From an uncultured Chloroflexia bacterium (lineage in GTDB: Bacteria > Chloroflexota > Limnocylindria > Limnocylindrales > CSP1-4), in contig CAVYBU010000007.1 in NCBI GenBank assembly GCA_963766735.1, positions 96,001-160,000 on the forward strand: a stretch of 64,000 bases of DNA. Direction: 5' to 3'. The notes under the pieces were generated by a model, which saw only the letters and a program-made list of their open reading frames with translations, had not been told where the DNA came from and ran no database searches. Every line of letters starts with the position of its first letter. Within the stretch, counting starts at the first letter, position 1. Of this stretch, positions 1-10,266 are shown piece by piece. The position numbers and the translations under genes are program-made.

Positions 1-657
1 CTCTCCGGCGAGCTGGTCCCGGGTCACGATGCGACCGTGACCCGCCGCCTCCGCCGCCTGGTCGTTCTTCGCGGCCAGCAGGACCTCCGTCGCCTCCTCG
101 GCGACCTTGCGCCCGGCGAGGTCCACGCCACCCTCGATCAGCTTCACCGTGTATGAGCCCGGGGTCCTGTGGGCCGATCGATCCGCGATCGTTGCCCAGA
201 GGGACTCGAGCCAGGCAAAGCCCTGGGTGACATCGGGTTCCCGAGGCGTGGCACCGGCTTCCCGCGGGGTGGCTCCGCCTGCCCGTGACCCGTCAGCGTC
301 GAAGCAGCTCCGCGTCTCCCGGTGACAGGTGGGGCCCGCGGGCTCCACGCCCAGCAGCAAGGCATCGCCGTCACAGTCGATCGCGAGGGACCTGAGCGCA
401 AGCGTGTTGCCGGAGCTTTCGCCCTTGCGCCAGAGGCGGGCCCGGGAGCGGGAGTGGAAGTGCACCTCACCGGTCCCGAGCGTCGCGGCGAGGGCCTCCG
501 TGTCGAGCCAGCCGACCATCAGCACCCGCCCGTCGGCGACATCCTGCACGACGCCTGCCACCAGGCCTGCCGGATCCCAGGCGACGCTGGCCGGATCAAG
601 ACCCTCGCGGATCTCCACGGGTCCGGCCACGGACGCCTCACCCTTCGACCTGGTCAT
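1..657 (-). CDS. hisIE: Bifunctional phosphoribosyl-AMP cyclohydrolase / phosphoribosyl-ATP pyrophosphatase, runs off the window edge
   Basis: Manual translation from ATG 657 (ATGA overlap with hisF stop): ...[10 protein letters not shown]...DCDGDALL...GPTCH...SCF... then GSYTVKL...KVAEEATEV. Not in the ORF track because it has no stop in the window. Confidence 0.93.
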   Translation of the reverse strand, partial: MTRSKGEASVAGPVEIREGLDPASVAWDPAGLVAGVVQDVADGRVLMVGWLDTEALAATLGTGEVHFHSRSRARLWRKGESSGNTLALRSLAIDCDGDALLLGVEPAGPTCHRETRSCFDADGSRAGGATPREAGATPREPDVTQGFAWLESLWATIADRSAHRTPGSYTVKLIEGGVDLAGRKVAEEATEVLLAAKNDQAAEAAGHGRIVTRDQLAGE

Positions 658-1451
658 GCCGCAACCTCCGAATCGATCGCGCGGACGCGATACCCCGCGG
701 CCGCCATCGCCGTCTTGGCCGCCGCGATCGTGACCTCGCGCCGGTGGAAGATGCCGGCCGCCAGAACGGCGTCCGCGCCACCATCACGGATCGCCGCCAC
801 GAAGTCGTCGGGCCCGGCGGCACCCCCGGAGGCGATGACCGGGACCTGCACCCGTGACGAGATCGCTCGCAGCAGCTCCGTGTCGAATCCCGACTTCGTG
901 CCGTCCCGATCGATGCTGGTGACCAGGAGCTCGCCGGCCCCCAGCTCCACCGCCCGAACTGCCCATGCGACCGCGTCCAGGGTCACGGGCTGGCGCCCAC
1001 CCTGGACGACCACCTGGAATCCGGACGGAAGGACCTCGGTGCCCGATGCCACGCGGCGCGCATCGATGGCCACCACCACGGCCTGACTGCCGAACCGCGC
1101 CGCGCAGCGGGTGACGAGATCGGGGTCGGCCACCGCGCGTGTATTGAGGCCGACCTTGTCCGCCCCCGCCCGGAGCACGTCCCGCATGTCCTCCACGCTG
1201 CGGACGCCCCCTCCGACGGTGAGCGGGATGAACGCGCGTCGGGCAGTCCGCTCCACGATGTCCAGGAGCGTGCCGCGGCCCTCTGGGGCGGCCGAGATAT
1301 CCAGGAAGACGAGCTCGTCCGCACCCTCGCGGGCATAACGCTCCGCGAGCTCCGGCGGATCGCCCTCGTCGCGGAGGTCCACGAACCGGGTGCCCTTGAC
1401 GACACGTCCATCGGCGACGTCGAGGCACGGGATCACACGGCGGCACAGCAT
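654..1451 (-). CDS. hisF: Imidazole glycerol phosphate synthase cyclase subunit
   Basis: C-terminal part of ORF 654..2213; starts [12 protein letters not shown], with [29 protein letters not shown]. Confidence 0.96.
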   Translation of the reverse strand: MLCRRVIPCLDVADGRVVKGTRFVDLRDEGDPPELAERYAREGADELVFLDISAAPEGRGTLLDIVERTARRAFIPLTVGGGVRSVEDMRDVLRAGADKVGLNTRAVADPDLVTRCAARFGSQAVVVAIDARRVASGTEVLPSGFQVVVQGGRQPVTLDAVAWAVRAVELGAGELLVTSIDRDGTKSGFDTELLRAISSRVQVPVIASGGAAGPDDFVAAIRDGGADAVLAAGIFHRREVTIAAAKTAMAAAGYRVRAIDSEVAA

Positions 1452-2086
1452 CAGGCTGCACGCGCCGAGTCGACGACGTTGGCGATCAGGCGCAGGCCGT
1501 TGTCGCCGGATCGCTCGGGGTGAAACTGGACGCCCAGCAGCCGCCCCAGCGAGATCGCCGACACGAAGGACCGGCCGTGCTCGGTCTCGGCGAGGATCGC
1601 CGCATCGCCGGTCTCGCCCGATGGGGCACCCACGTAGGTGTGGACGAAGTAGAACTCCGCGCCGGGGGCGATGCCGGCGAAGGCAGGGTGGTCCCGTCGC
1701 CGGTCCACCTGGTTCCAGCCGATGTGCGGCAGGGTCGGGGCATCCGCGAGCCGCACCGTCCGCCCCGGCAGAACCCCGAGAGTCTCGGCACCGTCCTCGT
1801 CGCTGCCGTCGAAGAGCAGCTGGAGGCCAAGACAGATCCCCAGGAAGGGGCGGTCCGCCGCGATCCACGCCTTGATCGGCTCGAGGAACCGGCCCTCCCG
1901 GAGCCGCTCCATCGCGGGCGCGGCCGCGCCCACACCCGGCACCACGAGCAGGTCTGCCGAGCCGATCTCGTCTGATGTGACCGCCCGGCGGACGTGTGCG
2001 CCGGCGGCGGTGAGCGCCTGTTCGATCGACACGAGATTGCCCGCGCCGTAGTCCACGACCACGACGTGGGTGCCGGCCGTGGTCAC
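1451..2086 (-). CDS. hisH: Imidazole glycerol phosphate synthase glutaminase subunit
   Basis: [38 protein letters not shown] motifs. Confidence 0.96.
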   Translation of the reverse strand: MTTAGTHVVVVDYGAGNLVSIEQALTAAGAHVRRAVTSDEIGSADLLVVPGVGAAAPAMERLREGRFLEPIKAWIAADRPFLGICLGLQLLFDGSDEDGAETLGVLPGRTVRLADAPTLPHIGWNQVDRRRDHPAFAGIAPGAEFYFVHTYVGAPSGETGDAAILAETEHGRSFVSAISLGRLLGVQFHPERSGDNGLRLIANVVDSARAA

Positions 2087-2709
2087 CCGAGCGAACCCTT
2101 GGTGGACGCGACACCCTCGCGCCGGGGATCTGGCTCGCAGGCGACGCGCAGGGCCCTGCCGAGCGCCTTGAAGGCGGCTTCGGCCAGGTGATGGTCGTTG
2201 CGCCCCGAGCCACTCACGTGGAGCGTGCCACCCGCGGTCCGGGCGAAGGACTCGAGGGCGTGGTCCACGAGCTGGAGGGGCAGCGCGCCGGCGCGCTCGC
2301 CACGGAACGGGAGGTCGATGACCGCGTATGGCCGCCCTCCGATGTCGATGACGGCGGTCGCGACCGATTCGTCCATGGGGACCGTGCTGTCCCCGAAGCG
2401 GCGGATGCCGGCGCGGTCGCCGAGCGCCTCGGAGAAGGCCGCACCAAGGACAAGGGCCACGTCCTCCACCGTGTGGTGCTCGTCAACGTCGAGGTCGCCC
2501 TTCGCCCGGACCTCCAGGTCGAACAGCCCGTGGTGGGCGAGGGACCCCAGCAGGTGATCGTAGAAGCCGATGCCCGTACCGATGTCGACGAGACCTGTGC
2601 CATCAAGGCCGAGCTCGATCGTGATGTCCGTCTCGCGCGTGGACCGGGTCACCCGGACGTGTCGTGCGCCGATGGCGGTGACGGCGAGGGAGCCGAGCGG
2701 CGTGGTCAT
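2083..2709 (-). CDS. hisB: Imidazoleglycerol-phosphate dehydratase
   Basis: [30 protein letters not shown] motifs. Confidence 0.96.
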   Translation of the reverse strand: MTTPLGSLAVTAIGARHVRVTRSTRETDITIELGLDGTGLVDIGTGIGFYDHLLGSLAHHGLFDLEVRAKGDLDVDEHHTVEDVALVLGAAFSEALGDRAGIRRFGDSTVPMDESVATAVIDIGGRPYAVIDLPFRGERAGALPLQLVDHALESFARTAGGTLHVSGSGRNDHHLAEAAFKALGRALRVACEPDPRREGVASTKGSLG

Positions 2710-3851
2710 GCGGGTACCTCCACGGCCAGCTCGCGCGCAGCGGCGAGCAGCCGGTCGTTCTCGTGGGCGTCACGGACGGTGATCCGGAGACAGTGGGCGA
2801 GGGGATGGCCGACACCGAACGTACGCGGGACGAGGCCGCGGCGCATCAGGCCCTCTGCGGTGGCTGCTGCCCGTTCTGCGGTCCCGAGCTCCGCCAGGAG
2901 GAAGTTCGTCAACGACGGGTGCACCAGCCAGCCGGCGGACCCCAGGCCATCAGCCAGACGGGCGCGCTCCCGCTCCACCCGGGCGACGTTCTCGCGCATC
3001 TCCTCACCATCCCGGAGAGCGTGGGTGACCAGCGTCACCGAGATCGTGCCGATGGACCCCGGAGGCCGGTAGAGCGCGATCCGCTCAGCCGTCGCCGGGG
3101 CAGCGATCGCGAACCCCACCCGGAGCCCGGCGAGGGCGTAGGCCTTGGACGCCGTCCGGACGACCACCAGGTTCGGGTAGCGCGCCCGCAGTGGGATGGC
3201 GCTGTAGCCCGAGAACTCGGCGTAGGCCTCGTCGACGATGACGGTGGCCGGCCGACGACCCGCTCTCCGGGCGTCCTGCTCGATGCCGTCGAGAAGGGCC
3301 TCGATCGCGCCCTCGGGTTCGAGCAGGCCCGTTGGGTTGTTGGGGTTGCACAGCCAGACCATCCCGGCGGCACGGGCAGCGGCCCGAACCGCGGGGAGGT
3401 CCATGGTGAACCCGTGGTCGGGCCCGAGGCGCGCGACCGGGATCACCCTGCCGTCCCGCTGCTCGGTGACGACCCGGTACATCGCGTAGCTGGGGACGGG
3501 CACCACCGCTGCCTCTCCGGCCGCGAGGAAGGCCTTGACGCACATCTCCAGCACCTCATCGGCGCCGGCGCCCGGCACGACCTCATCGGTCCCGACCCCA
3601 TACCGTGTGGCTGCTGCCTGGACCAGCCTCCTGTAGTCGCCGGGCGGGTACTCCGAGAGCGACGTCTCGAACACGCCCGCGGCGAGCAGCTCTGTCGCGA
3701 GGCGCGGGGGCGTCGGCGAGGTGTTGAGGTCGAAGCGAACCACCTGGTCTATGGGCACGCCAAACCGCTCAGCGACGGCCTCGTCGGTTGCCTCCCAGCT
3801 GTAGGAGGCCGGCTGGGTCGGCGATGAAGACGTCACGGGGCTGGGGCTCAT
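2706..3851 (-). CDS. hisC: Histidinol-phosphate aminotransferase
   Basis: CNPNNPTG, VDEAYAEF, RTASKAYALAGLRVG; inside his operon. Confidence 0.94.
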   Translation of the reverse strand: MSPSPVTSSSPTQPASYSWEATDEAVAERFGVPIDQVVRFDLNTSPTPPRLATELLAAGVFETSLSEYPPGDYRRLVQAAATRYGVGTDEVVPGAGADEVLEMCVKAFLAAGEAAVVPVPSYAMYRVVTEQRDGRVIPVARLGPDHGFTMDLPAVRAAARAAGMVWLCNPNNPTGLLEPEGAIEALLDGIEQDARRAGRRPATVIVDEAYAEFSGYSAIPLRARYPNLVVVRTASKAYALAGLRVGFAIAAPATAERIALYRPPGSIGTISVTLVTHALRDGEEMRENVARVERERARLADGLGSAGWLVHPSLTNFLLAELGTAERAAATAEGLMRRGLVPRTFGVGHPLAHCLRITVRDAHENDRLLAAARELAVEVPA

Positions 3852-5191
3852 CGGTCCTCCTCCACGACGCCAAGGCCTTCGAAACGCACCTCGACCGCAT
3901 CACGGTGGGCCAGCAGGCCCTCTGCCTCGGCCAGGGTCCGGATCGCCGGCCGCAACGCTGCCAGGCCTTCGCGGGTGATCCGCTGGACCTGGTTGAACTT
4001 GCCGAATGTCTCCACGGCCAGGGGACCGCAGCTCCGGGCGAGGCCTCCGGTCGGCAGGACGTGGTTCGCACCCGAGGCGTAGTCTCCGGCGCTCTCCGGG
4101 GACCAGCGACCGACGAAGATGGAACCCGCGTTTCGGATCGCCGCGACGGCGGCCTCGAGGTCCTCCACCTCGACCGACAGGTGCTCCGGCCCGTAGCCGT
4201 TGACGAACTCGATGCCGGCCGCCGTGTCCGGGACCAGGACGATCCGGCCGTGCTCGGCGAGTGCCCGACCGAGGATCTCCCGGCGGGCGGCGACCGCGAG
4301 ACGACGTCGCACCTCGGCCTCCACGGCATCGGCGAGCGCCTCGTCCGCGGTCACGAGCAGGGCAGGGGAGTCAACGCCGTGCTCTGCCTGCGTGATGAGG
4401 TCGGCGGCGATCGTCACGACGTCGGCCGTTCCGTCGGCGAGGACGAGACCCTCCGACGGCCCAGCCGGCAGGTCGATCCCCACCTCGCCCGCGACCTCGA
4501 TCTTGGCCGCCGTGACCCAGGCATTCCCGGGGCCGACGATGCGGTCCACTGGTTCCAGCCCCTCGTCCGCGAGCCCGTACGCGAGAGCCCCCACCGCCTG
4601 GGCTCCGCCGGCGACCAGCAGGGCATCGACGCCCAGCAGGCCGGCTGCACCCATGAGGACCGGGTGGACCTCCCCGCCGCGGTCGGCCGGCGAGGCGACG
4701 ACGACGACGCCGACCCCAGCGACACGGGCGGGCGCGACCGTCATGACGAGGGACGAGGGGTACGGGGCAGAGCCTCCCGGCACATAGGCACCCACGCGGG
4801 ATACGGGCAGCCAGCGGCGTTCCAGCTCGACGCCCGGGATGATGGTCGTCCGCGTCGACGCGGGGCGCTGGGTCTCCGCGAAGCGCCGGACGTTGGTGAT
4901 GGCCGTCTCGAGCGCGTCCCGCTCCGCGGCAGGGAGGGCATCGGCGGCCACCAGGAGCTCCTCGCGCCCCAGGATCAGCCGGCCGTCGGGCCGTCCACCA
5001 CCGAATCGGGCGGATGCCTCGCGCACCGCGGTCGCGCCGCGGGCACGCACGTCGGCGAGGATCGTGCGTGCGGCCTCGCGTACTGCATGGTCGGGCACGG
5101 CGCCCCGGCGGAACAGCGCGTCCCGATCCGCCAGGGCAGCGGCATCCGGGTTCCTCAGGTCAAGACGTCGGAGGGTCAGCATGTCCTTCAC
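3848..5191 (-). CDS. hisD: Histidinol dehydrogenase
   Basis: YVPGG, GPGNAWV, PAGPSE, QAEH, PEHL, GDYASGANHVLPT motifs. Confidence 0.96.
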   Translation of the reverse strand: MKDMLTLRRLDLRNPDAAALADRDALFRRGAVPDHAVREAARTILADVRARGATAVREASARFGGGRPDGRLILGREELLVAADALPAAERDALETAITNVRRFAETQRPASTRTTIIPGVELERRWLPVSRVGAYVPGGSAPYPSSLVMTVAPARVAGVGVVVVASPADRGGEVHPVLMGAAGLLGVDALLVAGGAQAVGALAYGLADEGLEPVDRIVGPGNAWVTAAKIEVAGEVGIDLPAGPSEGLVLADGTADVVTIAADLITQAEHGVDSPALLVTADEALADAVEAEVRRRLAVAARREILGRALAEHGRIVLVPDTAAGIEFVNGYGPEHLSVEVEDLEAAVAAIRNAGSIFVGRWSPESAGDYASGANHVLPTGGLARSCGPLAVETFGKFNQVQRITREGLAALRPAIRTLAEAEGLLAHRDAVEVRFEGLGVVEEDR

Positions 5192-6048
5192 GGGAGGATC
5201 TTCTCAATCGGGAGGACCAGGATCCCGGAGGCCCCGGCCGCCTTGAGGCGAGGCAGCAGGCCCCAGACTTCATCGGCGCCAACGACGGAGTGGATCGCGA
5301 TCATCCCTGCGTGTGCCAGGGGGATCACGGACGGCGACTCCAGCCCCGGCAGGAGCGCCTCGAGCTCTTCGAGCTTCGCCGCGGGCGCGTTCATCATCAG
5401 GTACTTCCGGCCGCGGGCGGCGATAACCGAGCCCAGCATCGTGACGATGCCCTCGATCTCCCCGGAGCGCTGGCGGATGGCTGCGGGGCTGCCCACGAGG
5501 ACCGCCTCCGACGCGAGGATGTCGCCGATCGCACGGAGGCCGTTCATCGCCAGGGTCGAGCCGGTCGAGACGAGGTCCACGATCGCGTCCGCGAGGCCGA
5601 GGCGCGGCGCGACCTCCACGGCACCCGAGAGGGAGATGACGTCCACCGCGATCCCCTGGTCGGCGAAGAAGCTGCGCGTGATGTTGGGATGCGAGGTGGC
5701 GATCCGGACGCCGCCGAGGTCGGTGATCGCCTCGTAGGGGGAGTCGGCCGACACCGCAGCAGCGAGCCGACAGCGCCCGTAGCCCAGGTTTCGCAGGACC
5801 TGCAGGTCGACACCGGACTCCGCGAGGATGTCGCCGCCGGTGATGCCGGCGTCGGCCACGCCGTCGTTCACGAATTCGATGACGTCCCCGGTTCGGACGA
5901 ACAGGATATCCAGCGGGTGGTTCTGGACACGGGCAACGAGGCTTCGGTCATGCTCCTCGAACATCAGGCCGGAGGCGTGGAGCAGGCTCATGGTGGGCTC
6001 GACGAGTCGGCCCTTGTTCGGGACTGCGAGACGCAGGCGCTCTCTCAC
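5188..6048 (-). CDS. hisG: ATP phosphoribosyltransferase (long form)
   Basis: LAVPNKGRL, GAVEVAP, DAIVDLVSTGSTL, C-terminal regulatory domain (LPGLESPSV). Confidence 0.96.
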   Translation of the reverse strand: MRERLRLAVPNKGRLVEPTMSLLHASGLMFEEHDRSLVARVQNHPLDILFVRTGDVIEFVNDGVADAGITGGDILAESGVDLQVLRNLGYGRCRLAAAVSADSPYEAITDLGGVRIATSHPNITRSFFADQGIAVDVISLSGAVEVAPRLGLADAIVDLVSTGSTLAMNGLRAIGDILASEAVLVGSPAAIRQRSGEIEGIVTMLGSVIAARGRKYLMMNAPAAKLEELEALLPGLESPSVIPLAHAGMIAIHSVVGADEVWGLLPRLKAAGASGILVLPIEKILP

Positions 6049-6371
6049 CGCTCGGCTCCCGTGGGGTAGGGGGTGGTGCCGTCCGAGACTTCAAGGCGGT
6101 CCAGCATGCGGCGGTAGCCGCCCTCGCCGTGGTTGAGCCATGACGCGATGCGGGTGATGGTCGCGGTGCTCGCGCCCGTGCGCCGGGAGATCTCGGCGTA
6201 GTGCATGCCGGAGTTGAGGAGTCGAACCACGGCCCATCGCTGGGCCAGGTCGTGAAGCTCACCGAGGGTGCAGAGGTCACGCAGGAACCGGGTGGCATCG
6301 TCACGATCGTCGAGGCGCAGGATGGCATCGACGAGCGCTTCGGTCTCCGGGGTCCGCCAGTCGTCGGCCAT
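6045..6371 (-). CDS. YerC/YecD (TrpR-like) transcriptional regulator, probable histidine regulator
   Basis: FLRDLCT..EL..LAQRW.V..LL, TGASTATITR, GEGGY signature; first gene of his operon. Confidence 0.9.
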   Translation of the reverse strand: MADDWRTPETEALVDAILRLDDRDDATRFLRDLCTLGELHDLAQRWAVVRLLNSGMHYAEISRRTGASTATITRIASWLNHGEGGYRRMLDRLEVSDGTTPYPTGAER

Positions 6372-6429
6372 GGGTCGGCTGTCCTTCCTGAAGCTGCGAG
6401 CCGCGCGTCATGTGCTCGCTTGCCGCCAT

Positions 6430-6458
6430 GCTATCGTATTAGCGTGCTACTACGCTAG
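6430..6458. promoter_or_regulatory. Putative TrpR-family operator in the divergent yerC/hisA intergenic region
   Basis: Inverted repeat TAGCGT-N6-ACGCTA (6440-6457) and GCTA/ATTA/GCTA/GCTA repeated every 8 bp (6430, 6438, 6446, 6454). Confidence 0.55.
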
Positions 6459-6471
6459 TCGAGGAGAGGCT

Positions 6472-7224
6472 GTGACCTCGTTCGAGCTCCTGCCGGCCAT
6501 CGACCTCCGTGAGGGCCGCGTCGTCCGTCTCAGTCAGGGTGACTTCACTCGTGAGACAGCCTATGCGGACGACGCCGTCCTGGTGGCGCGCTCCTTCGTG
6601 GACGCCGGGGCGACATGGCTCCACGTCGTGGATCTCGATGGCGCGAGGCTGGGTGAGCCGGCACAGCTGGACCTCGTTGCCACCATTGTCGCGGAGGTCG
6701 GGGAACGGGCGCAGGTCGAGGTTGGTGGCGGGCTCCGCACGCCCGAGGCCGTCGCCGAGGCGCTGGAGGCCGGCTGCACCCGGGTTGCGGTCGGGACCGC
6801 GGCACTCCGCGACCCGGCGTTCGCCTCATCGATCGTCGCCCGCCACGGCGCCTCACGGATCGTCGCCTCGATCGATGTGCGTGACGGTCTTGCCCTCGGC
6901 GAGGGCTGGAGGGAGGGCTCCGGGGGCGTTGTCGCAGCGGACGCCGTCGCGATGCTCTCGGCGGCCGGCATCAGGACCTTCGAGGTCACCGCGATCGACC
7001 GGGATGGACTCCTCGGCGGGCCGGACCTCGCCTTGCTGCGCTCGCTCGTGGCCCTCGGTCAGGGTCGGATCATCGCGTCCGGTGGCGTGTCCTCGCTCGA
7101 CGACGTCCTCGCCGCCCGGGCCGCTGGTTGCGCGGGCGCGATCGTCGGCCGGGCCATCTACGAAGGGCTCGTCGACCTCGCCGAGCTCATGCGCACGCTG
7201 GGGGACACGCCTGGCAGTGAGTGA
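6472..7224 (+). CDS. hisA: ProFAR isomerase
   Basis: GTG start after GAGGAG; LLPAIDL, LHVVDLDGA, VGGGLR, TAIDRDG, IIASGG, GRAIYEG. Confidence 0.95.
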   Translation: MTSFELLPAIDLREGRVVRLSQGDFTRETAYADDAVLVARSFVDAGATWLHVVDLDGARLGEPAQLDLVATIVAEVGERAQVEVGGGLRTPEAVAEALEAGCTRVAVGTAALRDPAFASSIVARHGASRIVASIDVRDGLALGEGWREGSGGVVAADAVAMLSAAGIRTFEVTAIDRDGLLGGPDLALLRSLVALGQGRIIASGGVSSLDDVLAARAAGCAGAIVGRAIYEGLVDLAELMRTLGDTPGSE

Positions 7225-7264
7225 GCGAGGTCACCGCCCCTGGGGACGGTGGAACCGCCCGGGG

Positions 7265-9343
7265 TCAGTGGCCCTCAGCCTGCACCTTCTTGTGGGTCTC
7301 GATGATCTTCTCCGCGAGGTGGGCCGGCACGTCCTCGTAGTGGTCCAGCTCCGCGCTGAAGGTTCCCCGGCCCGCGGTGAGCGACCGGAGCTCCGTGGCA
7401 TACGAGAACAGCTCGGCCTGCGGAACGTGCGCGGAGATGACCTGCATGCCGTCGGCGGTGTCCATCCCCATGACCCGACCGCGTCGGCCGTTGAGGTCAC
7501 GGTTGACCTCTCCCATGTACTGCTCCGGGATGTTCACGTGGACGGTCATGATCGGCTCGAGGAGGACCGGCCGCGCCTGGAGAACCCCCTCCTTGAGGGC
7601 CATCGAAGCGGCGATCTTGAACGAGAGCTCGTTGCTGTCCACCGGGTGGAACGAGCCGTCGTAGAGCGTCGCCGTGAAGTCGATCAGCGGGAAGCCCGCC
7701 AGCACGCCTTCGGCGGCCGTCTCGCGGACTCCCTTCTCGATACCGGTGAAGAAGCCCCTGGGTACTGAGCCGCCCACCACCTTCTCGGCGAACTCGACGC
7801 CCGCCGCCGGGTTCGGCGCAAGCTCGATCCAGACATCGCCGAACATGCCGTGACCGCCGGTCTGCTTCTTGTAGCGGCCGTGGGCCTTGGTCGTGCCGCG
7901 GATCGTCTCGCGGTAGGGGACCGTGGGCGTCCTGGTGACGATCGCGGCGCCGAACTTGCGCTTCAGCCGCTCACAGATGACCGAGACGTGGGCCTCGCCG
8001 ATCGCCCGCAGGATCTGCTCGCCGGTCTCGCTGCGTTCCACGCGCGCGGTCGGCTCCTCCTCGAGCATCCGCTGGAGAGCAGGGCCCATCTTGTCCAGGT
8101 CGCCCTTGGACAGGGGATCGATGGCGACCTGGAGCATCGGGTTCGGGAAGGCGATCTCGGGCAGCCGCAGGGCGTGGTCACGAGACCCCAGCGTGTCGCC
8201 CGTCGCCGTGACGCTGAGCTTGGCAACCGCGCCGATCTCGCCAGCCCGGAGCTCCGCCGAGGGCTCCTGCTCCTTGCCGTGGAGGAAGAGGAGCTGGCCG
8301 ATGCGCTCGTCCTCGCCCTTGCTGACGTTGAACACGCCACCCTGGCTCTTGAGCGTGCCCGACAGGACCCGCAGGTAGGTCAGGCGCCCGACGTACGGGT
8401 CCGCGGCCGTCTTGAACACGCGAACCAGGAGCGGACCTTCGGCTGACGCTTCGATCGCGACGTCCTTGCCGGCCTTGTCCTGGGCGCCGTACGGGCCCTC
8501 CTCCTCGGGCGACGGGAGGTAGCGGACGATGGCGTCCAGCAGGGCGGCGAGGCCGATCCCTTTCGATGCAGATGCGACGAGAACCGGCGCCAGCACCGAC
8601 TCCCGGACGCCTTTGTGGAGGCACGCGTCCAGCTCGGCGTCGGAGATCTCCTCCTCGCCCAGGTACTTCTCGAAGACCGCGTCGTCCGCCTCTGCCGCTG
8701 CCTCGAGCAGCTGGTCCCGGCGCATGGCCACCTCGGCGGCCATCTCGTCGGGGACGGGGATCTCGACCTCGGTGCCGCCCTCGAACCGCCACGCCTTTCG
8801 ATGGACGAGGTCCACGTAGCCGGAGAAGGTGTCCGCCGCCCCGATGGCGAGGTGCAGCGGGGCCACCTTGTTGCCAAACTCGCGGCGGAGCTCGTCGAGG
8901 ACGCGCCCGGGATCGGCATTCTCGCGGTCGCACTTGTTGATCACGAAGCAGGCGGCCGTGTTCGTGGCTCGCCCGACCTTGACCGACTCCTCGAGGCCGG
9001 AGTCCACGCCGCCGGACGCGTCCACCACGTAGAGCGCCGCGTCGGCCGCGTGGAAGCCCTGGATCATCTCCGCCACGAAGTCCGGGTAGCCGGGGGTGTC
9101 CACGACCGTGATCTCGTGCTCGCCATGCTCGAACGTCCCGACCGCCAGGCTGAGCGAGCGGTGCTGCTTCTGCTCCTCGGGCTCGAAGTCGAGGTGTGCA
9201 GTCCCGTCATCGACCCTCCCCATCCGCGGGATCGCCCCGGCGCGGAAGAGCACCTGCTCGGCCAGCGTCGTCTTCCCGCTCCCGGCATGGCCGGCGAGCA
9301 CGACGCTTCGGATGTGGGTGAGATCGTGACTCTTCAACGTCAT
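7265..9343 (-). CDS. fusA: Elongation factor G-like protein (EF-G2 type paralog)
   Basis: GHAGSGKTT, DTPGY, NKCD, VPYRETI, KKQTGGHG, DGSFHPVDS; not in an str operon. Confidence 0.9.
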   Translation of the reverse strand: MTLKSHDLTHIRSVVLAGHAGSGKTTLAEQVLFRAGAIPRMGRVDDGTAHLDFEPEEQKQHRSLSLAVGTFEHGEHEITVVDTPGYPDFVAEMIQGFHAADAALYVVDASGGVDSGLEESVKVGRATNTAACFVINKCDRENADPGRVLDELRREFGNKVAPLHLAIGAADTFSGYVDLVHRKAWRFEGGTEVEIPVPDEMAAEVAMRRDQLLEAAAEADDAVFEKYLGEEEISDAELDACLHKGVRESVLAPVLVASASKGIGLAALLDAIVRYLPSPEEEGPYGAQDKAGKDVAIEASAEGPLLVRVFKTAADPYVGRLTYLRVLSGTLKSQGGVFNVSKGEDERIGQLLFLHGKEQEPSAELRAGEIGAVAKLSVTATGDTLGSRDHALRLPEIAFPNPMLQVAIDPLSKGDLDKMGPALQRMLEEEPTARVERSETGEQILRAIGEAHVSVICERLKRKFGAAIVTRTPTVPYRETIRGTTKAHGRYKKQTGGHGMFGDVWIELAPNPAAGVEFAEKVVGGSVPRGFFTGIEKGVRETAAEGVLAGFPLIDFTATLYDGSFHPVDSNELSFKIAASMALKEGVLQARPVLLEPIMTVHVNIPEQYMGEVNRDLNGRRGRVMGMDTADGMQVISAHVPQAELFSYATELRSLTAGRGTFSAELDHYEDVPAHLAEKIIETHKKVQAEGH

Positions 9344-9516
9344 CGCGCGCGGTTCCTCTCGGTATGCGGCCGCCCGGCCGGGTCCCCGGCTGCGGGCGGA
9401 ACGGTGGCGCAGGGTGGGCGGCTGGCGATGCGGACACCACCCGCGGGACGGCGGGAGGGCCTGGACGCCAGGGGACGGATCCGTTGTCCCGATGATAGTC
9501 GGTATACTCCCGACCG

Positions 9517-10266
9517 ATGTCAGGACATTCCAAATGGTCCACGATCAAGCGCCAGAAGGGCGTCAACGACTCGAAGCGCAGCGCCATGTTCACGAAGGTC
9601 GCGCGCGAGATCGCGGTCGCCGCGCGCGTCGGGGGCGGTGATCCCGACGCCAACTACCGCCTCCGCCTTGCGATGGACAAGGCCCGCTCGATCAACATGC
9701 CGGCCGACAACATCAAGCGGGCGATCGAGAAGGCAACGGGCGGCGGGGACGAGGTCGAGTACGAGGAGATCATCTACGAGGGCTACGGCCCGGGTGGCGT
9801 GGCGGTCCTCGTCGAGGCGGCGACCGACAATCGGAACCGCACCGCAGCCGAGGTCCGGTCCATCTTCGCGAAGACCGGCGGCCAGCTCGCCGGCAGCGGC
9901 GCCGTCGCCTGGCAGTTCGAGCCGCGGGGCCTCATCACCGTCGCGCGCGAGGGCGCGGACCCGGACGAAGTGGCCCTGGCTGCCATCGATGCAGGGGCCG
10001 CGGACGTGGACGCGGATGTGGACCCGATCGAGATCTACACCGAGCCCGGCGATCTCGAGGCGGTGCGCAAGGCGCTGGATGCCGCCGGCGTGAGCGTGGA
10101 GTCCGCAGAGCAGGCGATGCTCGCCAAGCAGACCGTGAGCCTGGACGCCGATCACGTGCGCAAGGCGATGCGGCTGGTGGAGCTGCTCGAGGACCTGGAC
10201 GACGTGCAGCGCGTGACGGCGAACGTGGACATCCCCGAGGAGCTCCTGGCCGAGATGGCCGGATGA
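9517..10266 (+). CDS. yebC: YebC/PmpR family protein
   Basis: MSGHSKWSTIKRQKG, YEGYGPGG, TDNRNRT; upstream of ruvCAB. Confidence 0.96.
   Translation: MSGHSKWSTIKRQKGVNDSKRSAMFTKVAREIAVAARVGGGDPDANYRLRLAMDKARSINMPADNIKRAIEKATGGGDEVEYEEIIYEGYGPGGVAVLVEAATDNRNRTAAEVRSIFAKTGGQLAGSGAVAWQFEPRGLITVAREGADPDEVALAAIDAGAADVDADVDPIEIYTEPGDLEAVRKALDAAGVSVESAEQAMLAKQTVSLDADHVRKAMRLVELLEDLDDVQRVTANVDIPEELLAEMAG

Noticed and set aside
3788-5737. Long antisense or alternate-frame ORFs (3788..5737, 14006..15844, 38010..40319, 41707..43542, 58381..61431 and others)
   Set aside because: Shadows of well-identified genes in high-GC DNA; low-complexity Arg/Pro/Gly translations without motifs.
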